Source: Erysipelotrichaceae bacterium
GTDB taxonomy: Bacteria > Bacillota_I > Bacilli_A > Erysipelotrichales > Erysipelotrichaceae
Direction of reading: 5' to 3'
NCBI GenBank assembly: GCA_015058955.1
Contig: SVBJ01000004.1
Location: 29,382-93,381, forward strand
DNA: 64,000 nucleotides
Shown: one piece after another, positions 1 through 9,309 of the stretch
How the letters are laid out: each line of letters begins with the position of its first letter
Position numbering within the stretch: position 1 is the stretch's first letter
Notes under the pieces: model-generated
Database searches by the model: none
The model's input: the letters and a program-made list of their open reading frames with translations, nothing else
What the model was told of the DNA's origin: nothing
Program-made: the position numbers and the translations under genes

Positions 1-1162
<1,162 letters not shown>

Positions 1163-1165
1163 CAT

Positions 1166-1187
1166 AAAAAGGACGCAAGTCCTTTTT
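1166..1187 (+). terminator. Intrinsic terminator after the GH1 gene
   Basis: aaaaaggac-GCAA-gtccttttt: 9-bp perfect stem, GNRA-type tetraloop, T-run. Confidence 0.7.
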
Positions 1188-1235
1188 ATGTATTTCAGTA
1201 CAAATTCAAAACAGTTTGCGGTATAGTTTGAGTAT

Positions 1236-1727
1236 ATGATGATAAGAAAAACTGTATTAAGAGATCTGGATGAAGTAATGGCAATTTACGAACATGGCCG
1301 TCAGATAATGAGAAACAGCGGCAATCTTTTCCAGTGGCAGAATGACAAACCATACCGTGAACAGATAATTGACGACATTGAAAAGGGCAACAGCTACGTT
1401 GCGGAAAACCAGGACGGATTATGCGGGGTATTTGCGCTGATATTCGGCGAGGATGTTACCTATGGATACATTGAAGGCAGATGGCTCAATGATGAACCGT
1501 ACGGAACGATCCACCGCATCGCCACTTCCGGAAAGGAAAAAGGTGTTTTGAAAGCGGCTGTTGATTATGGCTTTGATCATGTTGACAACATCAGAATAGA
1601 TACCCACCATGACAACAAGATCATGCAGCATCTTCTGAAAAAACTCGGCTTTACCGAATGCGGTGTCATTTATCTGCTGGATGGGGATCCCCGTCTCGCC
1701 TATCAGAAAACAAAGAAGCAGGCTTAG
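1236..1727 (+). CDS. GNAT family N-acetyltransferase
   Basis: 163 aa, size and pattern typical of small GNATs (…GTIHRIATSGKEKGVLKAAVDYGF…KIMQHLLKKLGF). Confidence 0.75.
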   Translation: MMIRKTVLRDLDEVMAIYEHGRQIMRNSGNLFQWQNDKPYREQIIDDIEKGNSYVAENQDGLCGVFALIFGEDVTYGYIEGRWLNDEPYGTIHRIATSGKEKGVLKAAVDYGFDHVDNIRIDTHHDNKIMQHLLKKLGFTECGVIYLLDGDPRLAYQKTKKQA

Positions 1728-1749
1728 ATAAGCCTGCTATTCATTTTTT
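1717..1749. terminator. Hairpin plus T-run between convergent genes (overlaps the GNAT stop codon)
   Basis: agcaggctta / taagcctgct inverted repeat (1717-1738) followed by attcatttttt. Confidence 0.5.
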
Positions 1750-1754
1750 CTGGC

Positions 1755-2951
1755 TTAGAACCACTTGTAGAATTCGTCGATCAGTTCAACCCAGTCACCG
1801 TTGATGATCATGTGGTGGTTGCCGATTGATTCAGTCAGGAAGTAGTTAAGGGTTTCCTCATCAAGATGGATCTTGACCTGTGTACGGCACAGGTTGGTTT
1901 CCTTCAGGTTCTCCTCCAGCTGACCGGCTACGGCGAAGTATTCCTTCATCAGTCCGTCAGTTTTGAAGATGGTTACCGGACCTTCCTGAATGTGGCCTCT
2001 GAAGGCTACGCCCAGATCGGATTCGAAGTGAGTCATCAGTTCAAATTCCGTAGGCATGTTGAGAGGCAGGGTGCAGTGAGCGAAGATGATGTCATTTTCA
2101 TCTGACAGGATCCTGGATGGATTGGCCATGAAGACAGGCTTTCCGGAAAGCTCACCGGCTACGCACATTGAGATCAGGGAAGGAGTATCGCCTTCACATC
2201 CGGCATAAATGCCTTCGGCATTCAGAACGGCTAAGGCCAGACAGCCGGTTCCCTTGATTGGTCCTAACAGGTCGAAGCATCTGACAGTCAGTCCATCGAG
2301 ATGATACTTGTCAACGATCCTTCTTAAGGCACCGTAGATCTGGCAGCACAGTTCAGTGTCTTCAGGATGCCAGTTTTTGGCTTTTACCATTTCGGTATAG
2401 ATGTTAGGAACATATTCCTTTCTGGCGATTTCATCAAAGAATTCCTGCATTGTTACATCAATGATCTCAATGCCGGTTATTTCCCTGCATTCGGCAGCAT
2501 CAACATCGGAAGAAATCAGCCAGTCGCTTGGTTCGCCTACTCTGGCAATGCGCATGTTTCTGATTCTCTTTCTGGCATTGAATACCTTGGAGAGTACGGA
2601 TATTCTTCTGGCCATCTTGGCTTCGGAACCGTGGATTATCTCACCAGGGATTTCCTGCTGTTTCAGATAGGAGAGGATCTCCATGCTGGCAGCCAGGGAA
2701 TTGTTCAGACCGGTGGTTAACAGGAATACCGGCTGAGGAAGTCTGTCAAGAACTGCCTTGAAGCGGCCTTCAACACCGCCTCCTCCAATGAAGACCAGTG
2801 GCAGGTCATAGTCCTTAATGTGATCGAGGTCAGTAAACTCGATTGGTTCACCGCACAGCTGGGCTAATTTCCGTACTACTTCATTATTGTAGTTATTAAT
2901 GTTCGGGCTGTCGGCGTTGGTAGATTCAACGTAGTATACACCAATACTCAT
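1755..2951 (-). CDS. L-fucose/L-arabinose isomerase-like family protein (putative sugar isomerase)
   Basis: 398 aa. The central RCFDLLGP…GCLALAVLNAEGIYAGCEGD segment resembles fucose-isomerase-like family proteins. Assigned from memory only. Confidence 0.4.
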   Translation of the reverse strand: MSIGVYYVESTNADSPNINNYNNEVVRKLAQLCGEPIEFTDLDHIKDYDLPLVFIGGGGVEGRFKAVLDRLPQPVFLLTTGLNNSLAASMEILSYLKQQEIPGEIIHGSEAKMARRISVLSKVFNARKRIRNMRIARVGEPSDWLISSDVDAAECREITGIEIIDVTMQEFFDEIARKEYVPNIYTEMVKAKNWHPEDTELCCQIYGALRRIVDKYHLDGLTVRCFDLLGPIKGTGCLALAVLNAEGIYAGCEGDTPSLISMCVAGELSGKPVFMANPSRILSDENDIIFAHCTLPLNMPTEFELMTHFESDLGVAFRGHIQEGPVTIFKTDGLMKEYFAVAGQLEENLKETNLCRTQVKIHLDEETLNYFLTESIGNHHMIINGDWVELIDEFYKWF

Positions 2952-3011
2952 TATTTATATCCTCTTTTCTTTTCATTAGTATTATATCACATTATGAAGA
3001 CTGAGATTAAC

Positions 3012-3389
3012 TCAGTCTTCATCATTATCATCGTCATCAAGCATTCTTGATACGTCATAGTAGTCAGGATCAGGTTCATAATCGTACATTCTGTGAGCCT
3101 GTTCCCATTTGGCGTATTCGGCATCTTCCCGAACTATGCTCGGTTCTTCGCCGTCATCGATTTCGTAATAGTATTCTTCATCATCGTCGTCCATCGGTGC
3201 AACATCGTACCAGATAAACGGCCATTTGGCCAGACATTCAGGAAGTTCAGGATTATCAGAAGCATAGTACCATAAACTGTATTCAGCGTTTCTCATGGCA
3301 CCGACTCTGGTTGCGCCAAGCTCTTCCATCATGTGGTCATCGTTATTGGAAACGGCTACGTAAACGCGTAAGGCAATGAAATCTGTCAT
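3012..3389 (-). CDS. Hypothetical hyper-acidic protein (125 aa)
   Basis: Clean ORF with an extremely Asp/Glu/Tyr-rich C-terminal half. No family recognised. Confidence 0.55.
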   Translation of the reverse strand: MTDFIALRVYVAVSNNDDHMMEELGATRVGAMRNAEYSLWYYASDNPELPECLAKWPFIWYDVAPMDDDDEEYYYEIDDGEEPSIVREDAEYAKWEQAHRMYDYEPDPDYYDVSRMLDDDDNDED

Positions 3390-3568
3390 ATGATTTTTAT
3401 CCTTTCTTTCATTTTCAAGTGCATTATAGCACAGTATAAAAAAGATAATTTATAAATATTTAAATATATAAGAAATTGGCTTTTTGCCAATGTAAGCGCT
3501 TTATGAAAATATTTTCATAAAAAAGTGAAAGAATTTGTCATTTTTGTGAAAAATGTATGAAAAAACTA

Positions 3569-3597
3569 TTGTATTTGCGATTTTTATAGGGTAAAAT
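3569..3597 (+). promoter_or_regulatory. Candidate sigma-A promoter of the opp/peptidase block
   Basis: TTGTAT (3569-3574), 17-nt spacer, TAAAAT (3592-3597), about 75 nt upstream of the oppB start. Confidence 0.35.
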
Positions 3598-3672
3598 GCT
3601 GATTATATTAGTGAAAAAGTCGCAGTTTCTGGAAAAATGCAGAAATTGCATGTAAAGGAAAGGGGAACCGAT

Positions 3673-4596
3673 ATGCTGAAGTATATTTGTAAAAGACTGG
3701 CAATTGGGCTGATAACACTTTTCATTCTATCGACAATTACCTTCTTCGGGGTAAGGGCCATGCCTGGTGATCCGTTTGAACAGGATAACAAGGTAATGGC
3801 ACCGGAGACATATGAGGCTTTAAAGGAGAAGTTCCATCTCGACAAACCGTTACCGGAACAGTTCGCGATATTCCTCAAGAATGCTGCCCGTGGAGATTTC
3901 GGTGAGTCGATTTCCAAGAAAGGAAAATTGGTATCAGACATTATCAAGCTTCGTTTCCCTGTAACCGCCAAACTTGGTTCGATTGCGTTCTGTACCTCAA
4001 TGGTCGTTGGATTAGCGCTTGGCATTGTGGCGGCCCTCGCCAAACACCGATGGGTCAACAGTGTCATTACCGTTGTATCCACCATTGGCGTTACATTACC
4101 TAACTTCCTGTTTGCGATGATGATAATGATTGTGTTTGCGGTGAAACTGGGGTGGTTGCCAATTGTTGGCTTAAACGGTCCACAATATTACATCCTCCCT
4201 GTTGCGGCTTTGTCCTTAGGACCAATCGCCTCAGTTACCCGTTTAACAAGAAGCTCCATCCGTGATGTCATGCACGAGGACTACATTACCTTATCCAGAA
4301 GCAAGGGTAATAAGGAAACCAGAACCATCATCGTTCACGGCTTGAAAAACGCTCTTCTGCCGGTAATCACCTATGCAGGACCGCTGTTTGCCGGTATGAT
4401 CACCGGTTCACTGGTAATTGAAACTCTGTTCTCAGTTCCGGGAATCGGTGCAGAGTTCACCAACAGCATTACCAACCGTGACTACACGCTGGTCATGGGT
4501 CTGACGATACTGTTCGGTGCTCTGGTCATCGTAATGAACCTTATATCAGATATTGTCGCGGCAATAATTGATCCGCGTATCAAATTAGGAAAGTAG
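3673..4596 (+). CDS. oppB: Oligopeptide ABC transporter permease
   Basis: Start moved to the ATG at 3673, preceded by GGAAAGGGG. Typical OppB/DppB N-terminus MLKYIxKRL. Multi-TM. Confidence 0.9.
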   Translation: MLKYICKRLAIGLITLFILSTITFFGVRAMPGDPFEQDNKVMAPETYEALKEKFHLDKPLPEQFAIFLKNAARGDFGESISKKGKLVSDIIKLRFPVTAKLGSIAFCTSMVVGLALGIVAALAKHRWVNSVITVVSTIGVTLPNFLFAMMIMIVFAVKLGWLPIVGLNGPQYYILPVAALSLGPIASVTRLTRSSIRDVMHEDYITLSRSKGNKETRTIIVHGLKNALLPVITYAGPLFAGMITGSLVIETLFSVPGIGAEFTNSITNRDYTLVMGLTILFGALVIVMNLISDIVAAIIDPRIKLGK

Positions 4597-4605
4597 GGCA
4601 GTGTT

Positions 4606-5532
4606 ATGAGTGAAATAAACATGAATATAACAGACGATCTGTTTGAAGCATTGCCTGAAGAAGAGAAGAACTCGGAGTTCATCGCTGTTGCGATCAAAAC
4701 CTTCGCCAAGGATGCCTGGGACAGATTCAGAAGAAACAAGCTGGCTCTGTACGGATTAATCTATCTGGTTGTAATCATCATCCTGGCAATAGTAGTACCA
4801 ATGGTTTCACCGTACCGGTTTGATGCTCAGGACCTGGCTAACCGTAATGCCTTGCCAAGCCTGGCACATCCGTTCGGAACAGACAAGCTTGGGCAGGACA
4901 TCTTCGTAAGAATCATGTACGGTGCCCGTGTATCTCTGTCAATTGCCTTCTCAACGGCGGCAATTAACCTGGTGATCGGTGTACTGTATGGCGGCATTTC
5001 CGGATATGTAGGCGGCAAAGTCGACATGGTAATGATGAGAATCATCGACATCATCTACGCCGTACCTTCACTGATCTACGTTGTCCTGATCCTGCTGGTA
5101 TTCGGTGACAGTATCGGATCCATGATGCTGGCCATCTGTCTGACAAGCTGGATAGGCATGGCCAGACAGGTCAGAACCCAGATCATGTCATTGAAGGAAA
5201 TGGAATTCTCACTGGCCGCCAAGGTAATTGGCTGCAAGGATTCCCGCGTATTATTAAGACACTTAGTCATCAACGCACTGGGACCAATCATCGTTTCACT
5301 GACAATGATGGTACCGGGAGCGATATTTACCGAAGCTTCATTAAGCTTCATCGGCATTGGTCTTAACCCATCAATACCGAGCTGGGGAAAGCTGGCAAAT
5401 GACTGCCGTGCTCTGGTATTCACCCAGCCAATCCAGATCATCTGGCCGGTAGCGGCAATAAGCCTTACCATCCTGGCACTCAACTTTGTCGGTGATGGTA
5501 TCGGTGAAGCCTTCCAGGCCAGAACAAGATAG
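4606..5532 (+). CDS. oppC: Oligopeptide ABC transporter permease
   Basis: OppC/DppC-like (…HPFGTDKLGQDIFVRIMYGARVSL…). Multi-TM. Confidence 0.9.
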   Translation: MSEINMNITDDLFEALPEEEKNSEFIAVAIKTFAKDAWDRFRRNKLALYGLIYLVVIIILAIVVPMVSPYRFDAQDLANRNALPSLAHPFGTDKLGQDIFVRIMYGARVSLSIAFSTAAINLVIGVLYGGISGYVGGKVDMVMMRIIDIIYAVPSLIYVVLILLVFGDSIGSMMLAICLTSWIGMARQVRTQIMSLKEMEFSLAAKVIGCKDSRVLLRHLVINALGPIIVSLTMMVPGAIFTEASLSFIGIGLNPSIPSWGKLANDCRALVFTQPIQIIWPVAAISLTILALNFVGDGIGEAFQARTR

Positions 5533-5544
5533 GAGGCTCGGTCT

Positions 5545-6546
5545 ATGGCACTGTTAGAAGTAAAAAACCTTGAAACAGTCTTCAAGACTGACGGCGGCGA
5601 AGTACAGGCCGTGCGTAATGTCTCCTTCGAAGTTGCTGAAGGCGAAGCCCTCGGCATCGTAGGCGAGTCCGGTTCAGGCAAGAGCCAGACGATGTATTCA
5701 ATCATCGGTCTGCTGGCTGAAAACGGAATCGTCAAAAGCGGCGAAATCACCTTTGACGGCAAGGACATTTCTCCAAGCCAGTTCACTAACAAGAAGGACT
5801 ATGATAACTTCATGCGTGATTTCCGCGGCAACACCATGGCCATGATCTTCCAGGACCCGATGACATTCCTCAATCCGGTCCTCAAGATTGAAACTCAGTT
5901 GATTGAACCAATGCTGAATCATACAGACATGACCAGAGAACAGGCTAAGGAAAAGGCTCTGGAACTGATGAGAAAAGTCGGCATTCCTTCACCGGAAAGC
6001 AGACTGAAACAGTATCCGTTTGAATTCTCCGGCGGCATGCGTCAGAGAATCGTCATTGCCATTGCCCTGGCCAACAATCCGAAGCTGATCATCGCTGACG
6101 AACCTACTACAGCTCTTGACGTTACGATTCAGGCTCAGGTTCTCGAACTGATCGATGATCTGAAAAAGGAAAGCAATTCCGCAGTAATCATGATCACTCA
6201 CGACTTAGGCGTAGTTGCCAAGCTGTGTGACCGTATTGCGATCATGTATGGCGGAAAGATAGTAGAGATCGGCACGGATAAGGATATCTTCTACAATCCT
6301 AAGCATCCGTACACTGAGGGGCTGTTAGCCTGCATCTCCAATCCGGAAGATGACAACGAGGAAAGCCTGACGCCGATCGCCGGTTCACCACCGGATCTGT
6401 TAAATCCTCCAAAGGGATGCCCGTTTGTCGACAGATGCGAAAAGGCAATGCGTGTCTGCAAGGAATTCCCTCCAGAGGTAACTGAAGTCAACAAAGGTCA
6501 TCAGTGTGCCTGCTGGCTGCTGGATAAGAGGGCGGTGAGAAAATGA
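5545..6546 (+). CDS. oppD: Oligopeptide ABC transporter ATP-binding protein
   Basis: Walker A GESGSGKS, signature FSGGMRQR, Walker B IIADEPT, and the oligopeptide C-terminal domain (HPYTEGLL…PPKGCPF). Confidence 0.93.
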   Translation: MALLEVKNLETVFKTDGGEVQAVRNVSFEVAEGEALGIVGESGSGKSQTMYSIIGLLAENGIVKSGEITFDGKDISPSQFTNKKDYDNFMRDFRGNTMAMIFQDPMTFLNPVLKIETQLIEPMLNHTDMTREQAKEKALELMRKVGIPSPESRLKQYPFEFSGGMRQRIVIAIALANNPKLIIADEPTTALDVTIQAQVLELIDDLKKESNSAVIMITHDLGVVAKLCDRIAIMYGGKIVEIGTDKDIFYNPKHPYTEGLLACISNPEDDNEESLTPIAGSPPDLLNPPKGCPFVDRCEKAMRVCKEFPPEVTEVNKGHQCACWLLDKRAVRK

Positions 6547-7526
6547 GTGAACAACAGAAAGTAATTCTCAGCGTAAAGAATCTTAAGACATATTTCGATG
6601 TCACCAAGGGTATCTTCACCAAGAAACAGATCGTCAAGGCTGTTGATGACGTATCCTTCGATGTTTACGAAAATGAAACATTCGGTCTGGTAGGCGAATC
6701 AGGCTGCGGCAAGACCACATTGGGCAGAACCATCGTCAAGCTGTATGAACCTGAAAGCGGCTCCATCGAATTTGAGGGTAAGGACATTGCCAAGCTCAAG
6801 GGAAACCAGCTGATCTCCTTCCGTAAGGACATGCAGATGATCTTCCAGGACCCATATGCTTCCCTGAACCCGCGCATGACCGTAGGCGAAATCATCAAGG
6901 AACCTATGATCATCCACAACATCTATAACACTGATGCTGAAAGAGAACAGCGTGTCGTGGAACTGCTGAAGATAGTCGGCCTGAAACCGGACCACATCCG
7001 CAGATATCCGGCTGAGTTCTCCGGAGGTCAGAGACAGCGTATTGGCGTAGCCAGAGCTCTGGCTGTCAATCCTAAGTTCATTGTCTGTGACGAACCTATC
7101 TCAGCTCTGGACGTATCCATTCAGGCACAGGTTGTAAACCTGCTGAAGGACATTCAGAAGGAAATGGGCCTGTCATACCTGTTCATAGCTCACGATCTGT
7201 CAATGGTCAAGCACATTTCAGACCGTATCGGCGTCATGTATCTGGGACACATGGTTGAAATGGGGCCGGCAAACGACGTATATCACCGTCCGCTGCACCC
7301 ATACACCACAGCACTGCTGTCAGCCATTCCTATTCCGGATCCTGACGTTGCCAAGAACAAGCAGAGAATCGTGCTTGGCGGTGAAGTTCCAAGCCCAATC
7401 AACCCTCCAAAGGGGTGCCCGTTCTGTACCAGATGCACCAAGGCTACAGAACGTTGCAATAACGAAAGACCTGAACCAATACAGGTCGGCACTCGTATAG
7501 TGGCTTGCCATTTATACGAAAGATAA
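6543..7526 (+). CDS. oppF: Oligopeptide ABC transporter ATP-binding protein
   Basis: Walker A GESGCGKTT, FSGGQRQR, VCDEPISALD, HPYTTALL…PPKGCPF. 4-nt overlap with oppD. Confidence 0.93.
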   Translation: MSEQQKVILSVKNLKTYFDVTKGIFTKKQIVKAVDDVSFDVYENETFGLVGESGCGKTTLGRTIVKLYEPESGSIEFEGKDIAKLKGNQLISFRKDMQMIFQDPYASLNPRMTVGEIIKEPMIIHNIYNTDAEREQRVVELLKIVGLKPDHIRRYPAEFSGGQRQRIGVARALAVNPKFIVCDEPISALDVSIQAQVVNLLKDIQKEMGLSYLFIAHDLSMVKHISDRIGVMYLGHMVEMGPANDVYHRPLHPYTTALLSAIPIPDPDVAKNKQRIVLGGEVPSPINPPKGCPFCTRCTKATERCNNERPEPIQVGTRIVACHLYER

Positions 7527-7547
7527 GAAAGAAAGGGGAAAATAATC

Positions 7548-9194
7548 ATGTCTTTCAAGAAATTCATTACATTATTACTGTCCTTATTGATGGTAATCTC
7601 AATGACCGCATGCAGTGGCGGAGGTGGCGGTGAAACACCGGAACCATCAGGTGAAACCAAGTATAAGACAACCTTTACTTATGCAATAGGTGGCGAACCG
7701 ACTTACATGGACCCTGCCAAGTGCGGTGACTCCGTAACTGCTGAAATCCACAACGAAATCTGGTATCCGCTGTTCTACTTAACACAGACAGGCGCAGTTG
7801 ACAAAGGCGATTGCATTGACTGGTCTGTAGATGATTCTGGTACAGTTTATACTTTCAAACTTGATCCAAATGCCAAGTGGAGTGACGGTGTTCCTATTAC
7901 AGCTGATCAGTATGTATACGGCATCAAGCGTTGTATCGGTTACGGTTTTGATGAAGTCGGCTATCTGACAATGATCACAAACTACATCCTCAATGCTGAA
8001 AAGCACGTAGGTGAAGCTGTTGCTGACATGGGTGACGTAGGTGTCAAGGCTGTTGATGATTTCACACTGGAAATCACATTAAATGCCAAGTGCCCATTCT
8101 TCGTTTCATTACTGCCTACACAGGTATTCGCAGCATTACGTCCTGAAATCGCTCCTGAAAAGGATTCAGAATGGTCCAGCACTCCTGGTTATCCAACAAC
8201 TGGTGCATTTGTTCCAACCAAGATTGACTCTGCAAGTGAATACATTCTCGAAAAGAACCCTAACTTCGCACGTGCAAGTGAAGTTATCGTTGAAAAGATG
8301 ATTGCCAAGGTTATGCCTTCAATGGAAGCCAGCCAGATGGCATTCCAGACTGGTGAAATTGACTATGATACATCTGCAGGAAGCGATGTTGTCAATAACC
8401 CAACATTAAAGGAAAACGTCAGACTGAATGGTAACATCAACTACTACATGAACCTGAACTGCTATACCGGTCCTGAAGCATTACAGAACAGAGACGTTCG
8501 TCGTGCTATTCAGTTAGGTATCGACAGAAGCGCATTCGTTACAGCTCTGGATGCCGGCGACATGTTCTATGAATTATACGGCTTCGTTCCAGTAGGATTA
8601 CCTGACTGGGATGGCTCAGACTTCCGTACAAACGGCGATAATGATCACAAGCTGGTTTACACCGACAAGGAAGAAGCTAAGAAATTAATGGAAGGCGCAG
8701 GATTCAATGCCAACAACAGACTTGCTCTGACTTACTACTACAACCAGAATGCTATGCATGATACAGTTGCAGCCGTTATCAGAGACCAGCTGAAGGATAT
8801 CTACATTGATGTAACCTTAAAGACTGCTGAATTACGTACATTCTTCGATGACAGAAGCTATGGACGTTACGACATGGCCAGAAACGCATTCTCTGCCGAC
8901 TACATGGACCCATGGAACTACATGGAACTGATGGCTATCTACAATGACCCAGAAGGAAGAACTTTCTTCGGTGATGAGACATATGATAAGATCCTGTTCG
9001 AATCCATGGAACTGGAAGGCAAGGAACGTTTCGACAAATTACATGAAGCAGAAGTATATGCCATTGAAACAATGTGCTTCAACTGTCCGTTATTCGGATA
9101 CGGTGATGCATCACTGGAAAAGACTGGTACACTCGGTGTTATTACTAACCCACAGGCCAACCATATCTTCTGGTTTGTAAAGTGCCCTGAATAA
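7548..9194 (+). CDS. oppA: Peptide ABC transporter substrate-binding lipoprotein (family 5 SBP)
   Basis: Signal peptide with a Cys lipobox (…ISMTAC SGGGGG). 548 aa, SBP_bac_5-like. Confidence 0.88.
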   Translation: MSFKKFITLLLSLLMVISMTACSGGGGGETPEPSGETKYKTTFTYAIGGEPTYMDPAKCGDSVTAEIHNEIWYPLFYLTQTGAVDKGDCIDWSVDDSGTVYTFKLDPNAKWSDGVPITADQYVYGIKRCIGYGFDEVGYLTMITNYILNAEKHVGEAVADMGDVGVKAVDDFTLEITLNAKCPFFVSLLPTQVFAALRPEIAPEKDSEWSSTPGYPTTGAFVPTKIDSASEYILEKNPNFARASEVIVEKMIAKVMPSMEASQMAFQTGEIDYDTSAGSDVVNNPTLKENVRLNGNINYYMNLNCYTGPEALQNRDVRRAIQLGIDRSAFVTALDAGDMFYELYGFVPVGLPDWDGSDFRTNGDNDHKLVYTDKEEAKKLMEGAGFNANNRLALTYYYNQNAMHDTVAAVIRDQLKDIYIDVTLKTAELRTFFDDRSYGRYDMARNAFSADYMDPWNYMELMAIYNDPEGRTFFGDETYDKILFESMELEGKERFDKLHEAEVYAIETMCFNCPLFGYGDASLEKTGTLGVITNPQANHIFWFVKCPE

Positions 9195-9214
9195 ATCGAA
9201 AAGATTGATCAGTT

Positions 9215-9247
9215 AACAGGAGAGGGCTTAACAGGACCTCTCCTGTT
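9215..9247 (+). terminator. Hairpin after oppA (terminator/attenuator)
   Basis: aacaggagagg / cctctcctgtt, 11-bp perfect stem with an 11-nt loop, then attcttatt. Confidence 0.5.
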
Positions 9248-9309
9248 ATTCTTATTAGCTTATCTGAAAGCTGAAAGGCTTCAGCTCTGAGATAAGAATA
9301 ATAAGGGGG

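Noticed and set aside
2994-3022. 12-bp perfect hairpin (atgaagactgag/ctcagtcttcat) as a terminator for the acidic-protein gene.
   Set aside because: One arm lies inside the coding end, and the minus-strand downstream sequence is not U-rich. It may be an attenuator or stability element, but it is not a confident terminator, so it is not listed as a feature.
3390-3672. Riboswitch or T-box in the ~280-nt opp leader.
   Set aside because: The leader is AT-rich. I could not find a T-box sequence, a specifier-loop architecture or any known riboswitch core. Only palindromic protein-binding-type sites were seen.
5076-5792. Long antisense ORFs inside well-supported genes. Examples: 5076-5792(-), 10540-11067(-), 26811-27446(-), 31830-32378(-), 54561-55289(-), 18252-18698(+), 48777-49184(-).
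   Set aside because: Each lies fully opposite a gene with strong family motifs (opp, S9 peptidase, PHP, DUF4015, addA, IS orfA, giant protein). They have no RBS and show odd, low-complexity composition. They are typical shadow ORFs.
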